64,000 nucleotides of DNA from Octopus sinensis (GCF_006345805.1 NC_042998.1:147312001-147376000); one strand, 5' to 3'. Positions 1-11,005 are shown, counted from the first letter of the stretch. Numbers and translations: made by a program. Notes: generated by a model from the letters alone, not told the origin.

Positions 1-170
1 TCATCTAGGAGGAGGAAATCTCTGATATAAAACCAGGTTTGTGGTTGCTGACAGTCCCCTTAGTTGATGTGCCCTATCAATATCTACTTACTCATAGGGC
101 AGTCTGGGCTCTGTAGCTTTTGAGCAACTAGAATAGGAGAAGGTCACTCTGATTTCAAATCTGTGATCGA
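1..170 (+). mobile_element. Possible RTE-clade LINE 5' UTR remnant
   Basis: Two copies of the motif (CT/AT)AGGAG(G/A)AGG..CTCTGAT...AAA (about 5-35 and 132-160) resemble the GCAAC..TAGGAGAAGGAAAACTCTGA motif of RTE 5' UTRs. No ORF is recognisable. Confidence 0.3.
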
Positions 171-571
171 TTTAGCATATGATACGTGGCACACGTATCA
201 GAGCAGGTAAATGCCTTTTTTGATGGAAAGAGTGTGCATTGTGCTGCACAGGCAATGACCGCTATAAACAAAACCATATGCAGGTAGTTCAGCAAAATGC
301 TATCAGCAAATACCACCATCATGTTTTGGTGTAGAGTCTACCCCCTTCCCCATAAAAGATCCTATGACGATGAAGGGATAGCGACGAGAACAGGTGAAGG
401 ATATCATTAGACGTTCTTAGATTGAACTTTGCACATAGGTAGTGAAGGATAGATGGCCGCTTTACACAACATCTGCGAGTAATTGTGTAATTCGTGTCTT
501 GTTTAAGATGACACTTGCTTTCCTCCTATGACAAGAGAATCCATCCATCCACACACACATACACACATATA

Positions 572-808
572 TGGAAGACCAGCAGTCGCCCATGCATACT
601 AACCTCCCCTCTCCACACCACCAGTGTTATCCAAGGGAAAGGCCAAGGCCTATACAGCTTGGCACCTGTGACGTCGCAACTCATTTCTACAGTTGAGTGA
701 ACTCGAACAACGTGAAATAAAGTGTCTTGCTCAGTCCGGTCCGGGATTCGAACTCACAACCTCACGATCGTAAGCTCGACGCTCTAACCACTGAGCCATG
801 CGCCTTCA
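572..808 (-). mobile_element. tRNA-derived SINE, family C (GTGTTCTTGAGCAAGACACTTTATTTCACGTTG core)
   Basis: The minus strand has A box TGGCTCAGTGG and B box GAGTTCGAATCCC. Near-identical copies lie at 3808-4117, 44295-44570 and 49985-50288. Confidence 0.85.
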
Positions 809-1119
809 CACACACATGTGTGTGTGTGTGTGTGTGTGTTCTATATTTTCTTGCTGTCCTGAAGAGTTCTCACATTCTAAAATGCAATAAAGTGGCTTTC
901 TACTTTCAATTTACTTAATTTTCTGGTGCAGGTTTGGGTAGCCAGTCATTTGCACCTAATGACAACGAGCAATGCGGGTAAACAATTTTTGGGTCGCATT
1001 TTCTTGACCCCTCCTCCATAGGAGGAAAGCAGTGTCATCTTAAACAAGACACTGCGCTTCTCATTGGGAAAGTGTCTCTTATCATAGCTCCAGACAGACC
1101 AGTAACTTCTGAGTAAATT

Positions 1120-1350
1120 AGGTACACGGAAACTGTGTGTAAACCCGTAGTATAAATATGTTTGTGTATGCGTTTGTCCTCCCTGCCCACCGTTTGACAA
1201 CCGGTTTTTGTTTGCTTACATCCCCGTAGGGTAGCGCTTCGGCATAAAAGATCGGGAGAATAAGAAAAATAAGTACTGGAAATAATAGCTAAACCGATGC
1301 CACAGCATGGCCGTAGTCCAATGAATGAAACAAGTAAAAGATAAAAGGTA
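1120..1350 (+). mobile_element. SINE family B, 3' half
   Basis: TTGACAACCG...AATAAG...CAGCATGGCCG...GAAACAAGTAAAAGA matches the tail of fuller copies at 2941-3305 and 42305-42697. Confidence 0.65.
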
Positions 1351-1574
1351 TACAAAATAAATAAACGTGGGTTAAAAAAAAATCTGGTGGGATTGAAGCT
1401 AGGGAGTAAGGATTGGATGTAAGGGCTAGTAAACAAAGTAAAGGAGGTAATCAAAGTAAGGAACAGCATAGCGGGTGGGGAAGGGAGTGGGTATAGGTAT
1501 GTGTAAGGCGTGGATGGAGTGGAGGATAGCTAGTTCAGAAGAGACAGGTGTACATAGTAACGACAATAAAAAAA

Positions 1575-1950
1575 TCAAGAGAGAGGGAGAGAGAGAGGGA
1601 GAGAGGGAAACAGATAGACGGTGAGAGAAAGAGAGGGAGACAGAGAGAGGGAAGGAGAAAGGGAGAGAGAGAGAGAAAGAGCAAGAGGAAGAGAGAGACA
1701 GAGAAAAGGGAGAAAGAGAAAAAGAACGAGAGGGATACAGAAAGAGAGAGGGAGAGAAGGAAACAGACAGACGGAGAGAGAAAGAGAGGGAGACAGAGAG
1801 AGGGAAGGAGAAAGGGGAGAGGGAAGAAGAGGCAGAGAAAAAGGGAGAAAGAGAAAGAACGAGAGGGATACAGAAAGAGAGATACTGAGATAGAAAGAGA
1901 GATAGAGAGAGAGTGGGGAGAGAGAGAGGGAAAGAATGATAGAGAGAGAG
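1575..1950. repeat. Purine-rich (GA)-type low-complexity tract with an internal tandem duplication of about 150 bp
   Basis: AAACAGA(T/C)AGACGG..GAGAGAAAGAGAGGGAGACAG and GAACGAGAGGGATACAGAAAGAG each occur twice. Confidence 0.9.
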
Positions 1951-2239
1951 AATATGTCAGTCATTGTACCAAGTTACTGAATCAATGTTTGCTAAACAGA
2001 AAAATGCTTTGAGGTTATTAACCGCACAGAAAACACGTAGGTTTCATAACCAAACGATAAGGATTTCGATCGAGTTGGTTCAAGTAGAGGTGTTTATTAT
2101 GGTTAGAAACACGAACATTCACCCAGTCAGTTTCTTTGGATATCAGAATAATTAATATATGCTTGGACTTTCTTCCTGACACCGTGTCAACACTGTGGTA
2201 CGTCAGTCTTGTAACAACAACAACAACAACAACAACAAC

Positions 2240-2285
<46 letters not shown>

Positions 2286-2379
2286 TCGTAGTTAAAGTGA
2301 AATAACGTTCAGTCGCTAGTGTAATCGAGGCATGGAAGACTTTGAAATACCTCAGTTATAGCCTTCCTACGTATATAAA

Positions 2380-2512
2380 GGTGACGAACTGGCAGAATCG
2401 ATAGCACTCTGGGCGAAACGCTAAGCTGCATTTCGTCTGTCTTCGTGTTCCGCGTCCAAATTCCGACGAGGTCGACTTTGCTCTTCATCCTTTGGGGTTG
2501 ATAAAATAAGAA
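2380..2512 (+). mobile_element. SINE family A, diverged copy
   Basis: CTGGCAGAATCG...GAGGTCGACTTTGC..TTCATCCTTT..GATAAAATAAG. Confidence 0.8.
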
Positions 2513-2549
2513 CCTCCCCCAAAGACTTGTGCCTAGAGTGGAAAGGACT

Positions 2550-2712
<163 letters not shown>

Positions 2713-2940
2713 TGCGTGTACTTGTCCCTCGCTACCGCTTGACAACCAATGCTGGTTTGTTCAGGTAGCCGTAACCTATCGGTTCGACAAAAGAACGGAT
2801 AGAATAAGTACCAGGCTTAAAGCAAAATGTTAGTATTGAGGTTGGTTTGTTCTACTGAACCCGTCAAGGCGGATCCGCCGCATGACCGCAGCCCACTGAC
2901 TGAAGCAAGTAAAAGAAAAACAAAATGAGAGACATATGTA

Positions 2941-3305
2941 GGCGCAGGAGTGGCTGTGTGGTAAGAAGCTTGCTTCCCAACCGCATGGTTCCAGGTTCAG
3001 TCACACTGCATGGTACATTGGGTAAATGTCTTGTACTATAGCCTCAGGCCGACCAAAGCCTTGTGAGAAGATTTGGTTGACGGAATCTGAAAGAAGTCCG
3101 TCGTATATATATATATATCTGTGCGTGTCTCTTTGTCTGTGTTTGTCCCCCACCACCGCTTGACAACCGCTGTTGGTGTATTTACGTCCGTGTAACTTAG
3201 TGCTTCGACAAGTAGATTGATAGAATAAGTATCAGGCTTTAAAAAAGTACTGGTAGTCGATTCGTTCTACTAAAAATTATTCAGTGCGGTGCCCCAGCAT
3301 GGCCA
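2941..3305 (+). mobile_element. tRNA-derived SINE family B (GGCGCAGGAGTGGCTGTGTGGTAAGAAGCTTGCTTCCCAACC head) with internal TA/TG microsatellite
   Basis: A box TGGCTGTGTGG and B-like GGTTCAGTC. Homologous copies at 20148-20552, 42305-42697, 4125-4300 and 5655-6000. Confidence 0.85.
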
Positions 3306-3334
3306 TACACACACACACACACACACACAAATAC

Positions 3335-3530
3335 CTTTGATCTTTTACTTGTTTCAGTCATTGGATTGCGACCATGCTAGGCACCGCTTCAGAGGGCTTA
3401 GATGGACAAATTGATCCTAGTTAGGTATTTATTCTATAGGTTTCTGTTGTTGAAGCGCTAAGTTACAGGGACGTAAACAAACTAACACAAGTTGTCATAC
3501 GGCAAGGGTGGAGGACAAGACATAAACAGA
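3335..3530 (-). mobile_element. SINE family B tail
   Basis: TCTTTTACTTGTTTCAGTCATT...CGCTAAGTTACAGGGACGTAAAC is the reverse complement of the family B tail. Confidence 0.7.
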
Positions 3531-3589
3531 AAGACACATACACACACACTCAAATGCACATTCAAACACACACACACATGTATATATTA

Positions 3590-3703
3590 GGTTCAAGATT
3601 GTACAAAAAACACCTCCAAAAGCCAAAAGACAGCGGCAGGTGAGGAAACAACAAACCAGGTGCATTAGTTTGACATTCAGGACATTTCGTGCTTAAGCTC
3701 TTC
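3590..3703 (-). mobile_element. Short remnant of a Penelope-like element 3' end
   Basis: GGCAGGTGAGGAAACAACAAAC..ATTAGTTTGACATTCAGGA and TTTCGTGCTTAAGCTCTTC resemble pLTR positions 36500-36590. Confidence 0.55.
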
Positions 3704-3786
<83 letters not shown>

Positions 3787-3807
3787 ACACGCACATACAT
3801 ATATATA

Positions 3808-4117
3808 AGGATTTCCTTCGGTCACGAACGACTATGGGATTGCACCTAGAAATTTCCCGTTCGAGGGACACATCCGGGCACAGATGTTTGTAAAAGAACA
3901 GTCCCCTCTCCACACCACGGATGTTGTCTAAGTGAAAGGCAAATGCCGATACCGCTTGGCACCAGTGACGTCATCGCAAATTATCTCTACAACTGAGTGG
4001 ACTGGGACAACGTGAAATAAAGTGTCATGCTCATGAACACAACACACACAGACAGATATGGAGATCGAACTCACAATCTCACGATTGTAAGCCCAGCGCT
4101 CTAATCATTGAGCCATG
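3808..4117 (-). mobile_element. SINE family C
   Basis: Homologous to 572-808 and 49985-50288. Confidence 0.8.
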
Positions 4118-4124
4118 TATACGT

Positions 4125-4300
4125 ATATACGACAGGCTTTGACACAGTTTCCCTCTACCAACTTCACTCATAAGGCATTGATCGGTTTGGGGCTATAGTA
4201 GAAAACGGTTTCCCAAGATGCCATGCTGGGGGACGGAACTGAACCCAAGACAACGTTGCTGAAGGCGAGCTTCTTAACCCCACAGCCAAGCATGCGCCTA
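4125..4300 (-). mobile_element. SINE family B head, diverged
   Basis: Reverse complement of the family B head (CTTCTTAACC..ACAGCC..GCGCCT). Confidence 0.7.
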
Positions 4301-4914
4301 AAATAGTGTCTTACCTTGAAGGAATGTATTTTTTATTTATTTATTTATTCATTTATCTTTTTATTTACTTGCTGCCATTGTCCTCGAGGTGTTGAACCAC
4401 ATCTACCTCACCTGTAGGTTGGGGTGGGATGGGGCAGACGAGCATTTAAAGATCCTTGGTCACTGTCTCTTCTCCTAAATAAATAATTAACAAAAACATA
4501 AAGGTATGAGACAAAAACAATAAACAAGTGGTGGAGGGGTGAGTGGATGGAGGGAAGTTAAGAAAGATGGCGAAATAAAGAGGAGGAGGAGTTTATTAAC
4601 AGTGAGATATTTAAAATTGTATAGTCAAAAATAGTATGAATGGAAAGTAAACAAGTGAATAAAGTATGAGAGAAGAATGTGCGAAGGAATAAATACGTTA
4701 GGAATGAAGAGAGAGAGAGAAAGAGAGGGTGAGAGAGAGGGAGAGAGAGAGAGAAAGAAAGAGAGATGGTTAATTGCATATGTGTGCGGCATGTCTTTCA
4801 ACAAAGATGGCAAAAGTGGGGTGGGGTTGAGTACTTGTAAACAGAAAAAATATTTGCCAAATCAGAAAAAAAAATCCACTAATATTTCAGCAACTAAGAA
4901 ATAACAGCTTTATC

Positions 4915-4984
4915 ATCAACATCAACAAGGACAGCAGCAACAGCAACAACAGCAACAACAGCAACAACAACAACAACAACAACA

Positions 4985-5043
<59 letters not shown>

Positions 5044-5062
5044 TACTTCTACTACTACTAAC
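4915..5062. repeat. (CAA/CAG)n(CTA)n trinucleotide tract
   Basis: Directly visible. Confidence 0.95.
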
Positions 5063-5654
5063 TGCATGAACAAAACACAGCAAGGGCACCACAATCACAA
5101 CCACTCACACACATGTACGCACTTTCTTGCACATGCACACGAACGCACGTACAATTTCCAAATGATCGCAATTGTAGCGTACTGATCAAAAATGTGTGCC
5201 ATCATTCCTGGATTTTATGTAATGAACAGGTTCCGTTGGCCAGAAAAAGCCATCTGTTGCTTTGTAGCCCCGATATACCATAAAAATCACGCTACGCTCA
5301 CTTTGCTGATATGCAGACTAACGGCACCTTCTTTGGTTCTTCGAAAGAAAATTCCATGTAGAGTCCTTTCATAAAAGAAAGATTTCCCTCAGGATATTTC
5401 TTTCAGTATGTCTAATTGTAATAGTTTGCACTGATACGGTGAATGTAATTTTTGTTTCTTGTAAGGCCGGGGTTATTTTATTTATAGTATTTCTAAGCGA
5501 AAAAGATGCAAGGGCATGTTTTTAAGTGTGTGGGTGGAGGGATTTTTTGCGCACCAAAGCTTATGGAAGGCCCAACTTCGCATATAAAATCCAGAGTGAT
5601 TTTTCGATATATCTTTTTGAAAAAAAATGTGCTTCTTATATACCGTAAAAGCAG

Positions 5655-6000
5655 TTAGCTTCTTTCAGTCTTTGGGCCATGTTGGAGCACCACAATGTTG
5701 AGCTAGTCGAACAAATCTTCGCCAGAACTTGCTACTTATTCCATCACCTCTTTTACTGGCCCGCTAAGTTGCGGGAATGTAAACAAACCACCATCGGGCA
5801 AGCGAATCACACACACACACACACACCTAGATATATGTACGTAGGTATACAGCGGGCTTCCACACAGATTCCTGTACCAAATTCACATAGAAGGCTTTGG
5901 CCGATCCAGAGTTATAGTAGAAAGACTTGCCCAAAGTTCTGCGCAGTGGGAATGAACCCGAAACTACGTGATTGTGAAACGAACTTGTTAACCATACAGT
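5655..6000 (-). mobile_element. SINE family B, diverged
   Basis: GCCATGTTGGAGCACC...CGCTAAGTTGCGGG...GTAGAAAGACTTGCCCAA matches the family B reverse complement. Confidence 0.7.
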
Positions 6001-6329
6001 TATTTAAGATGCTGACTTATATACCATCGTATGTCTGCATTTGCTGCGGTTTTAGCTTTAGATTTAAATAATTCTTTAATTATTTTCTTTTTAAAAGAAT
6101 TATGAATTCAACTGGATTGTATTGGTGTGAATCGTAGATGTTTGATGCTGAAAGTGAGAAGAAGATTAATTATGGCTTTTGAAATGTAATGTTACAGAAA
6201 GATACTTCTCATTCCATATATAAAGAGCATGGACAATTTTGTATTTAGTTTGCCAGATTCTTGGTGTGAATTCGGGTCTTGTGTTTTGGTAGGGTCATTA
6301 TGTTAATAGAAATTAAGATAAACACAGAC

Positions 6330-6510
6330 CCTGATTCAATGCCACTTCCTTATTTTACCAACTAAGTATCCTATCGTTTGTTTAATGCGTTGCTTGAACA
6401 ATCAATCGTTTGTTAGTTTCCTCAGTCAGAATCCTTTCGTCGCTATTCGTGACCTCATCAATGACATACCCTTACATTTCAAGATCTGCTTTGAGTCTGC
6501 CTAAGAACTA
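6330..6510 (-). mobile_element. Hammerhead-bearing short element, left arm of an inverted pair
   Basis: Diverged reverse complement of 7262-7445. It contains the hammerhead-like motif at 6425-6465. Confidence 0.75.
6425..6465 (-). ncRNA. Minimal type-I hammerhead ribozyme-like motif (C3>U variant)
   Basis: Minus strand reads GTCA-TTGATGA-GGTCAC-GAATA-GCGAC-GAAA-GGA-TTC-TGAC. Stem I is GTCA/TGAC, stem II is GTC.C/G.GAC, and NUH = UUC. Confidence 0.6.
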
Positions 6511-6768
6511 GTTTTGTGCCCCTGTGTGTGTGTGTGCGCGCGCGCGCTTGTGCGTGTATGTATGTATATACGTACATGTGCATGTGGATGTGTGTGTGTG
6601 TGTAGATGTGTGGGTGCTTACTTATGTGCACGCGTTCTCTTATGTGTGTGTGTTTGTTTGTGTGAGTGTGTGCTTATGTGCGCGCGTGCTTATGTGTATG
6701 TGTGTAGTGTCGTCGGCTGTTTTTGAATAGGTTAGCATCTGTGTATGATTGCGTGTGTGCAGTATTGT

Positions 6769-7186
6769 TATTTCTTTACAGCCCACAAGGGACTAAACAT
6801 AAAGGGGACAAACAAGGACAGACAAAGGGATTAAGTCGATTACATCGACCCCAGTGCGTAACTGGTACTTATTTAATCGACCCCGAAAGGATGAAAGGCA
6901 AAGTCGACCTCGGCGGAATTTGAACTCAGAACATAAAGATAGACGAAATACCTATTTCTTTACTACCCACAAAGAGCTAAACACAGAGAGAACAAACAAG
7001 GACAGACAAACGGATTAAGTTGATTATATCGACCCCAGTGCGTAACTGGTACTTATTTAATCGACCCCGAAAGGATGAAAGGTAAAGTCGACCTCTGCGG
7101 AATTTGAACTCAGAACGTAACGGCAGACGAAATACCGTTAAGCATTTCGCCCGGCATGCTAACGTTTCTGCCAGCTTGCCGCCTAT
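6769..7186 (-). mobile_element. Dimeric SINE family A insertion (head plus two body units) with 13-bp TSD
   Basis: TGTGCAGTATTGT at 6756-6768 and 7187-7199 flanks the whole dimer. The internal junction GAAATACCTATTTC is at 6945-6958. Confidence 0.9.
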
Positions 7187-7261
7187 TGTGCAGTATTGTG
7201 TGTGTGTCTTCGTGTATGCATGTGTATGTACATACATACACAGACACACACAGGCATAAGA

Positions 7262-7445
7262 CATGTCCTCGGACAGACTCAAAGCAGACCTTGAAGAGTG
7301 AGTGCATGTCATTGATGAGGTTACGAATAGTGAGGAAAGGACTCTGATAGAGAAAAACTAACAACCGACTAATTGTTTAAACTACACATTAAACAAACGA
7401 TTGGATACTTAGCTGGTAAAAATATAGAAGTGGTATTGAATCAAT
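7262..7445 (+). mobile_element. Hammerhead-bearing short element, right arm of the inverted pair
   Basis: GTCA-TTGATGA-GGTTAC-GAATA-GTGAG-GAAA-GGA-CTC-TGAT at 7308-7348. Inverted homolog of 6330-6510. Confidence 0.75.
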
Positions 7446-8478
7446 GCATGTATTTATTTCAATTTTTATTGTTATAATAATCGACCCTAGACACAATAAG
7501 GACGTGGAAAATGTTAGGAAAGAAATTGTTTGGAAGATGGTGAATTCGGAAATGTTTCAGTCAGTTGTTAAAAGCGTGGAAAATGAGGTGGTTTGGTTAT
7601 GTAACACAATACTGAGACATCTTATATCTAGATGAATGTTGGTCTTGAATGGACAGTCTATGGTGAAAAGCTAAGAATTTTTTCGGTTCGAAATATTTCT
7701 TCCGATTTTATTGAAAAGTTCTATTGATATTATTTGTCCTGCCAATTACAAAAATCATAACTACATCAATAAATAAAAAAATGTTTTGAATCTTTAAAGA
7801 CAGCATTTTTTATTATTTTTTGTAATTTTAGCCAATTCACTCTCGACACACCGTCGTGACCTTATGAAAAGCGCCATTTTGTTATTATTTTTTGATTTTG
7901 GAAATATGACATTTATTTCCCTTTTTGATGAATAGTTTATAAACTAAACACAAGTCACCTTACAATGGTGAATCGTGTGTTTGAATAGAGACATTATGTA
8001 AAGGGAGGAAGTATTCTCTGATGTCGAAAAATAACAGCGATGAGATATTCGTGTTGAAATCTACCAGAACGTATTAAGAATGAATAAATAGATATGTTAC
8101 TGAAGAAATGTGTTAAACCGAAAAGATCCAAAAATAGGAAATAGTTGAGAAACATCGAGCCCTCCCTCCCTTTGTGGCTGGACAGGGAAGAAGATGATAG
8201 AAAACTGGACGCTGGTTGATGACGAGGAAAGGTAGAGGGCGAAAGTTTTGCTTCTTGCTGTACACGTACGGTCTCCCTAGACCTTGTTCGGTTATAGAAT
8301 TTGATTGATTAAGTAGTTCACCATTTAATCCAATTTCTTTAGAGAAATTTAATTACTGTAATGATAATTAATTTGCTAATATACTGCACGGTCAGGATGA
8401 ACAAAGTTAATGAATGGACATTTTTGAGTTGAAACGGTAATTGACAACATTAATAACTGACTTTTAAACTGCCTTTGG

Positions 8479-8657
8479 GCTTCTTCTTCTTCTTCTTCTT
8501 CTTCTTCTTCTTCTTCTTCTTCTTCTTCTTCTTCTTCTTCTTCTTCTTCTTCTTCTTCTTCTTCTTCTTCTTCTTCTTCTTCTTCTTCTTCTTCTTCTTC
8601 TTCTTCTTCTTCTTCTTCTTCTTCTTCTTCTTCTTCTTCTTCTTCTTCTTCTTCTTG
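8479..8657. repeat. Pure (CTT)n microsatellite, about 59-60 units
   Basis: Directly visible. Confidence 0.99.
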
Positions 8658-8663
8658 TTTTTA

Positions 8664-8916
8664 AGGCAGCAAGCTGGCAGAATCGTTAACACGCAGGGCA
8701 AAATGCTTAGCCGTATTTCGTCCCTCTGTACATTCTGAGTTCAAATTCTGCCGAGGTTGACTTTGCCTTTCATCCTTTCGGTATCGATAAATTAAGTACC
8801 AGTTATGCACTGGGATCGATGTAATCGACCAGTCCTCTCCCCTCAAATTTCAGGCCTTGTGTCTTTAGTAGTAAGGTTTATTGTTGTTGTTGTTGTTATT
8901 ATTATTATTATTATTA

Positions 8917-8949
<33 letters not shown>

Positions 8950-9229
8950 CATCATCATCATCATCATCATCATTAAGGCGGTGAGCTGGAAGAATCGTTA
9001 GAACGCCGTGAAAAATGCCTCGCAGCATTTCATCCGTCTTTTAGTTAAGCGTTTAAATCCCGCCGTGTTCGATTTTACCTTTCATCCTTACGAGGTCGGC
9101 AAAATAAGTATCAGTTAATCACTGGGATTGTTGTAATCGACTCACTCATTCTCGCCAAAATTTCAAACCTTTTGCCTATAGTAGAAAGGATCATCATCAT
9201 CATCATCATCATCGTCGTCGTCATCGTCG

Positions 9230-9302
<73 letters not shown>

Positions 9303-9480
9303 TCCATCATCATCTTCATCATCATTATTAAGGTGGTGCGCTGGCTGAATCCTTAGCGCGTCGGACAAAATGCTTAGCGGTATTTCTTTGACTCTCTACG
9401 CTCTGAATTCAATCCCCACCGGTGTCAACTTAGTCTTTCCTTCTTCCGGGAGCGATAAATAAAGCACCAGTCGTATTCAG
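8664..9480 (+). mobile_element. Three head-to-tail SINE family A copies (about 8664-8880, 8976-9190, 9330-9480) separated by (TTA/TCA)n tails
   Basis: Each starts TTAAGG(C/T)..G.GCTGG..GAATC.TTA and has the CCTTTCATCCTT..G.GGTCG..AAAT.AAGTACCAG core. Confidence 0.85.
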
Positions 9481-9698
9481 GGGGTAAAATCTCTCACTTT
9501 TTCTTTCTGTGTGTCTCTGTTTCTCTCTTCTGAAAGAAACCGGTGGCTTTGATGGTCAACTCCGCCAGGTCTAAAAATGAATAAGAATTTTGCCGAGGAG
9601 ACGCCGTATTTAATCATGGCACCACCATGATACCAACAGAAACTTGGGCACCCAAGACTAAGCAATAAAAATTCTATTGTTCTTCGCTGTTCCATTTG

Positions 9699-10032
9699 AT
9701 GATACCAATGCTATATAAGAAGATTCGCACAGCGTGTGAGTTATTAGCTATGATAACATTGTTACTGCTCAGCTGTTCAAAGTGTCCTTCATTCTGGTAT
9801 GTTTCATGATATCGGATTCTAAAACTACATACTTCTACCTAATTTCATTATCAGTTTGCTCTCTACTCTCACCAGTAGGAATCTCAATTCCTCTTATCTC
9901 AGACAGTTTGTCACTCTTCATGGTAAGTTTACTATACTTATTAAAGCTGTATCTTTGAATAATCGAACATTGTTCATTGTTTAAGTGTTCACTTGTTTTC
10001 GTTCTTATTTATTTACTTCAGGTCATCCATAG
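9699..10032 (+). CDS. Candidate spliced small ORF (exons 9699-9796, 9855-9922, 10022-10032), 58 aa
   Basis: Donors GTATGT (9797) and GTAAGT (9923), and pyrimidine-rich acceptors ATCAG (9854) and TTCAG (10021). The frame stays open: MIPMLYKKIRTACELLAMITLLLLSCSKCPSFCLLSTLTSRNLNSSYLRQFVTLHGHP*. No homology recognised. Confidence 0.25.
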
Positions 10033-10664
10033 ATATTAACTGGCTGATCGTCTGTTTACCATTTCCTAATTTTTCTACTTTAGTCTTTCTTAAAATATAA
10101 TGTATAGTTCCAGATGTGAACACTTCGTTTCGTTTTTCTCATAGTATATTTAAAACATTTTCTTCTTTTTCGTAAAACAGTAAGGTATAGATTAAAGATC
10201 TCGCCACTATTTCTAGTTGGTCAATTATGTGAATGTACTAGTAGGTGATCTTTTAACAAACTGTTTTCACATTAGGAGACTGTGGAACAGAGTTAGTCGA
10301 AAATGTTTAAGGGAAAATGAATTCGAGATTTTGTCGTCGGTATGGAGTTTAGAATAGGAAGCAAATTAGACAATTGAAAGCAAAGTAGAAATTTGACTAC
10401 ATTATCAATAGGGGTACATTTTATAGGATTCTTTCCCTTGAATACCTGTGGCTAAGAAGATTCAATAATATACTGACTTGAAGCCCATGGTTTAAGGTAT
10501 ACAATCCATTTGGTAATCAAAAGTCTCACACGCATACACATGAACAGAAAAACAAAGAGCGAATAGACAAATAATATCAGTTCAAGAAAATGGATAATAG
10601 AAGTAAAGAGAAATCAGTAAAGGTGAATTAAATATAGTTGTTGTGTATGTATTAGTATGTCTTG

Positions 10665-11005
10665 TAGGTGCAGTATGATCAAATAGTTAAGAAGATCACT
10701 TCACAACAACGAGTTTCTAGTTTCCATTACACTGCGTAAAATCTTGGGCAAGTTTCATTTTCTATGACCTCAGCTCGACCCATTCTTTATAAGTGAAACT
10801 GGGCAAACAGTAACTGCACAGAAGTCTGTCAGGTGGATTGTACCTGTGTTTTAATAAAACCAGTCTTGTAATAGAGTATCATGATGATTCCGCCTGAGAA
10901 TTACATTAAAGCAACACGTGTCTGTGGAATACTCAGCCACCTGTACGTTAATTCAGTGAGACTGGACATTTCTGTTGATTGAACAAACTGGACACTCATG
11001 GTGGG
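10665..11005 (+). mobile_element. Old SINE with family B-like head and family C-like tail
   Basis: The head has CTTGGGCAAGT. The tail ACACGTGTCTGTGGAATACTCAGCCAC is shared with 32370-32400 and 34510-34540. Confidence 0.6.

Noticed and set aside
1548-2012. 154-aa R/E/K-rich ORF and the many poly-CV, YI, K, F, V and LS ORFs across the window
   Set aside because: They are translations of microsatellites or purine tracts that lack stop codons, with no domain signal.
6140-6245. RRLIMAFEM*CYRKIL peptide resembling an RTE/LINE C-terminus
   Set aside because: Too short and degraded to delimit as a feature.
7820-7885. CCAAT plus YY1-like GCGCCATTTT promoter motifs (also at about 35281)
   Set aside because: Short motifs expected by chance, with no linked gene or TSS evidence.
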